A DNA stretch of 17,602 nt from Abditibacteriaceae bacterium (GTDB lineage: Bacteria > Armatimonadota > Abditibacteriia > Abditibacteriales > Abditibacteriaceae): assembly GCA_031372065.1 (NCBI GenBank), contig JANMKN010000079.1, positions 1-17,602 of the forward strand, written 5' to 3'. Shown here in pieces: positions 15,157-17,602 of this stretch (position 1 is the stretch's first letter; every line of letters begins with the position of its first letter). A program made the position numbers and the translations under genes. Under the pieces are notes generated by a model. It was not told where the DNA came from, did no database searches, and saw nothing but the letters and a program-made list of their open reading frames with translations.

Positions 15157-16440
15157 CTACAAACGCCACGGCGCACGATAGGGTTCGTGCAAAAAGCGAT
15201 TGGCTTCGGCGTCGCCGATAAATTCCTGTTTCGCGGCGTCCCAGAACAATTTGCGGCCTACGCGATAAGCGATATTGCCCAAAATCGGCAATTTGATCAC
15301 TTGATAGCCGATTTCGATGTCCATTACCGGCCTTTCGCGGGTGCGAATGCATTCGAGCCAGTTTTCGCGGTGTCCGGGACTTTGCGCGATGTTCACACCA
15401 TTGGAAGGCGGCACATAAACTTTGGCTTTGGCTTCGGTATCGCCATAACCATCGCCGCCCGCGAAAATCAGCGTGTCGCGGTCACCAAAAAACTTCGCGC
15501 CCCACGCAATCGGCTCACCTGTGGACGGCAAAGGATACCGCGCGCCGGGCTGCGTCCAAGTCAAAGTCCAATCGGGATTTTTGAATTCCCATTTTACATC
15601 CATCGTGACTGGCACGTCCCACGGCGATTGATAAGAACGCTGCCCTGTCGCTTCGACACTGACCGGGTCTTGCGCGTCGGCGCCCATAGACCATTTGACG
15701 ATGCTTAAAACGTGATTGCCCCGGTCGCGAATAAAACCGCCGCCAAAGTCCATCATCCAGCGAAAGTTGAAATGCACAAAACTGGGATTATAAGGTCGCC
15801 ACTGCGCCGGGCCGAGCCACATATCCCAGTTAAAATCAGGTGGCACCGGTTTGGTTTCCCATGAGCCGCCGGTGTAGTTGTTTTCGTGCCAGACCTCAAC
15901 GTGATTAATGTGCCCCAATTGCCCGTTGCGCACAAATTGCGCGGCGCGGCGGCCCACATCGCCCGAACGTCCCTGCGCGCCAATTTGCACCACGCGACCA
16001 TAACGCCGCGCGGCATCAAGCATCGCTTGTCCTTCGCGCATGGTGCGACTGGTTGGCTTTTCGGAATACACGTCTTTGCCCGCCTGACAAGCGTGAACCG
16101 TCATCAAGGCGTGCCAATGGTCGGGCGTGGCGATCATCACAGCATCCACGTCAGCGCGCTCTAAAATGCGGCGGTAATCATCGGTCAGAAACGGCGTGCC
16201 TTTGACTTTTTTCGCATTAGCCGCCAGATGATTGGCATCCACATCGCAAAGCGCGACGGCATCGTCGCGCACATGACCACTGCCCATGCCGCCCAACCCG
16301 ATATTGCCGATGCGAATGCGATCATTGGCGCCGGGACGCCCCGGCGCGGCCAACACGCCATCAGGAATGAAATAAGGCAAAGCCAAACCTGCCGCCGCAC
16401 CCTTCAAAAACCGTCGCCGATTGGTATTTGTGGAATTCAT
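15157..16440 (-). CDS. Gfo/Idh/MocA family NAD(P)-dependent oxidoreductase with Tat signal peptide
   Basis: Twin-arginine signal NRRRFLK; Rossmann motif IGLGGMG, IATPDHWH, GKDVYSEKP, VQIGAQGRS and WDMWLGPA. Confidence 0.93.
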   Translation of the reverse strand: MNSTNTNRRRFLKGAAAGLALPYFIPDGVLAAPGRPGANDRIRIGNIGLGGMGSGHVRDDAVALCDVDANHLAANAKKVKGTPFLTDDYRRILERADVDAVMIATPDHWHALMTVHACQAGKDVYSEKPTSRTMREGQAMLDAARRYGRVVQIGAQGRSGDVGRRAAQFVRNGQLGHINHVEVWHENNYTGGSWETKPVPPDFNWDMWLGPAQWRPYNPSFVHFNFRWMMDFGGGFIRDRGNHVLSIVKWSMGADAQDPVSVEATGQRSYQSPWDVPVTMDVKWEFKNPDWTLTWTQPGARYPLPSTGEPIAWGAKFFGDRDTLIFAGGDGYGDTEAKAKVYVPPSNGVNIAQSPGHRENWLECIRTRERPVMDIEIGYQVIKLPILGNIAYRVGRKLFWDAAKQEFIGDAEANRFLHEPYRAPWRL

Positions 16441-16454
16441 ATTTTAATCACGCT

Positions 16455-16616
16455 TCAGGAAATATTTGCGCCTTTTTGACCTTCCGTTGAGGTTTGAGTT
16501 TCAAGAACCACAGCGATTCTCTGGAGTGTTTTCGCAACGCTCCGCAATTCCACGATGGCGGCCAGCATCATCGTGGCGAACACAAACAGAAAAATGTTCT
16601 GTGCTTGAGAAGTCAT
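16455..16616 (-). CDS. Small single-pass membrane protein, 53 aa (below ORF-track cutoff)
   Basis: MTSQAQNIFLFVFATMMLAAIVELRSVAKTLQRIAVVLETQTSTEGQKGANIS*; AAAGG 7 nt upstream of the ATG, gcTAAACT at 16651-16658 (minus), stop 14 nt before the oxidoreductase ATG. Confidence 0.55.
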   Translation of the reverse strand: MTSQAQNIFLFVFATMMLAAIVELRSVAKTLQRIAVVLETQTSTEGQKGANIS

Positions 16617-16701
16617 GTCTGGGCCTTTGAGGAGAGTTTCTACTTTCTCCAGTTTAGCGAAAGTTCAAAGCCTTTATCCTGAAAGGGGCGCGCAAAAAAT
16701 C

Positions 16702-16707
16702 TAAACT
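16702..16707 (+). promoter_or_regulatory. -10 hexamer TAAACT 7 nt upstream of ATG 16715 (leaderless-type)
   Basis: cTAAACT-atgatgt-ATG with no Shine-Dalgarno sequence. Confidence 0.5.
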
Positions 16708-16714
16708 ATGATGT

Positions 16715-17602
16715 ATGAAGGAATTCTTTGCGTTTGTAGGCGTTTTCGTCTGCATTCTCCTCATCGTCCTTTTATTAGGCGTTGTCTTTGTAATTTGGAA
16801 AGTCAAACGCGCGTTTTCCGGCTTTGCCGATCAAATGGCCGGTGTGGGGATGCCGATGGCCCTGCCCGCGCGCATTCATGCCCAGCGCCGCGAAAAGCTT
16901 TCATGGAACGACGAGGAAGCAGTCAATAAACTTTTGCAGCCCCTGTGGAAATTAGGCTTTGAAGACGCCGGATTCTACGAAATTGTCGAAATGCCCGGCG
17001 TCAAAGTGCGCGGTCTGGCGCGGCCTTCCCAAATACTGTGGGCGGTGGTTTACGAACACCCACAAGCGGGCGTTTGGATGGATTTTGTCACGCGCTACAG
17101 CGAAAAAACGCCCGAAGGAGACAATTTCATCGGTTCGCTGACCACCAGCAACGCGCCGCAGGGCGACGAACTGGAACATCAACCAAATCATGACAAAATC
17201 TACGACAAAAATATGGACGCCGACGGCTTGTATCAACGCCATCTGGCGGCGCGGCGCACCGATATTGGGTGGTATCCTGTGGCCGTGCAAAATTTCCAAG
17301 CGGAATTTGAACGCGCCTACGCCACCGAAATGGATTGGCGCTTTTCGCGAGGCGGCGTGACCGAAGACGAATTGCGTGCTATTGCGGCTAAATCGGGCAC
17401 CGAAGTCACGGACGAAAACCTCCAAAGTCTGCGCGAGGCCAATCAAGCCCAAGCCATTATCGCTTTGAGCGATGCAGTGCGGGAACGTTTTTTAGAGCAA
17501 ACTTCCATGCCCGCCGCTGACTGGGAACGGCTGCGTGATCGCCTTGTAATTGTGCATGAACGCATGGGTGCCGAAGCAGTAGCCAGTGAATTTCAGGCGT
17601 GG
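16715..17602 (+). CDS. Membrane-anchored hypothetical protein; 3'-partial, absent from the ORF track
   Basis: 296 open codons to the window end: MKEFFAFVGVFVCILLIVLLLGVVFVIWKVKRAF...VYEHPQAGVWMDFVTRY...FERAYATEMDWRFSRGG...; one N-terminal TM helix followed by basic residues. Confidence 0.85.
   Translation, partial: MKEFFAFVGVFVCILLIVLLLGVVFVIWKVKRAFSGFADQMAGVGMPMALPARIHAQRREKLSWNDEEAVNKLLQPLWKLGFEDAGFYEIVEMPGVKVRGLARPSQILWAVVYEHPQAGVWMDFVTRYSEKTPEGDNFIGSLTTSNAPQGDELEHQPNHDKIYDKNMDADGLYQRHLAARRTDIGWYPVAVQNFQAEFERAYATEMDWRFSRGGVTEDELRAIAAKSGTEVTDENLQSLREANQAQAIIALSDAVRERFLEQTSMPAADWERLRDRLVIVHERMGAEAVASEFQAW

Noticed and set aside
2583..16440. A single polysaccharide-utilisation locus joining the beta-helix genes, GH29 and the oxidoreductase
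   Set aside because: The genes are in separate transcription units with unrelated genes between them and no sugar transporter or shared regulator.
16952..17452. 166-aa minus-strand ORF and short plus ORFs at 16708 and 16959
   Set aside because: They overlap the better supported frame starting at 16715.

Overview
Bacterial chromosomal window with no integrase, transposase, tRNA, rRNA or CRISPR array that I can support. Left to right: two His-rich nickel/cobalt transporter-type genes (RcnA/NiCoT-like, 5'-partial; UreH/SodT-like). Next is a ~5.3 kb accessory cassette bracketed by imperfect 32-bp direct repeats (1940-1971, 7257-7288). It holds a near-consensus sigma70 promoter, a broken internally deleted paralog of the tailspike-like gene (2164-2523), a secreted parallel beta-helix repeat protein and a signal-peptide-less tailspike-like pectate_lyase_3 beta-helix protein. 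After the cassette come an orphan membrane histidine kinase, a DAACS symporter, a GH29 alpha-L-fucosidase, an intergenic hairpin plus 21-bp degenerate repeats, a secreted hypothetical protein, a wHTH-AAA+ ATPase, a Tat-exported Gfo/Idh/MocA oxidoreductase preceded by a 53-aa membrane ORF missed by the ORF track, and a 3'-partial membrane-anchored hypothetical gene also missed by the track. Most notable: the beta-helix cassette, where two paralogs share N- and C-terminal modules around a variable core and both intact genes are compositional mosaics, and a recurring -10/N7/ATG pattern suggesting leaderless mRNAs. All calls were made by eye from motifs; no searches were run.
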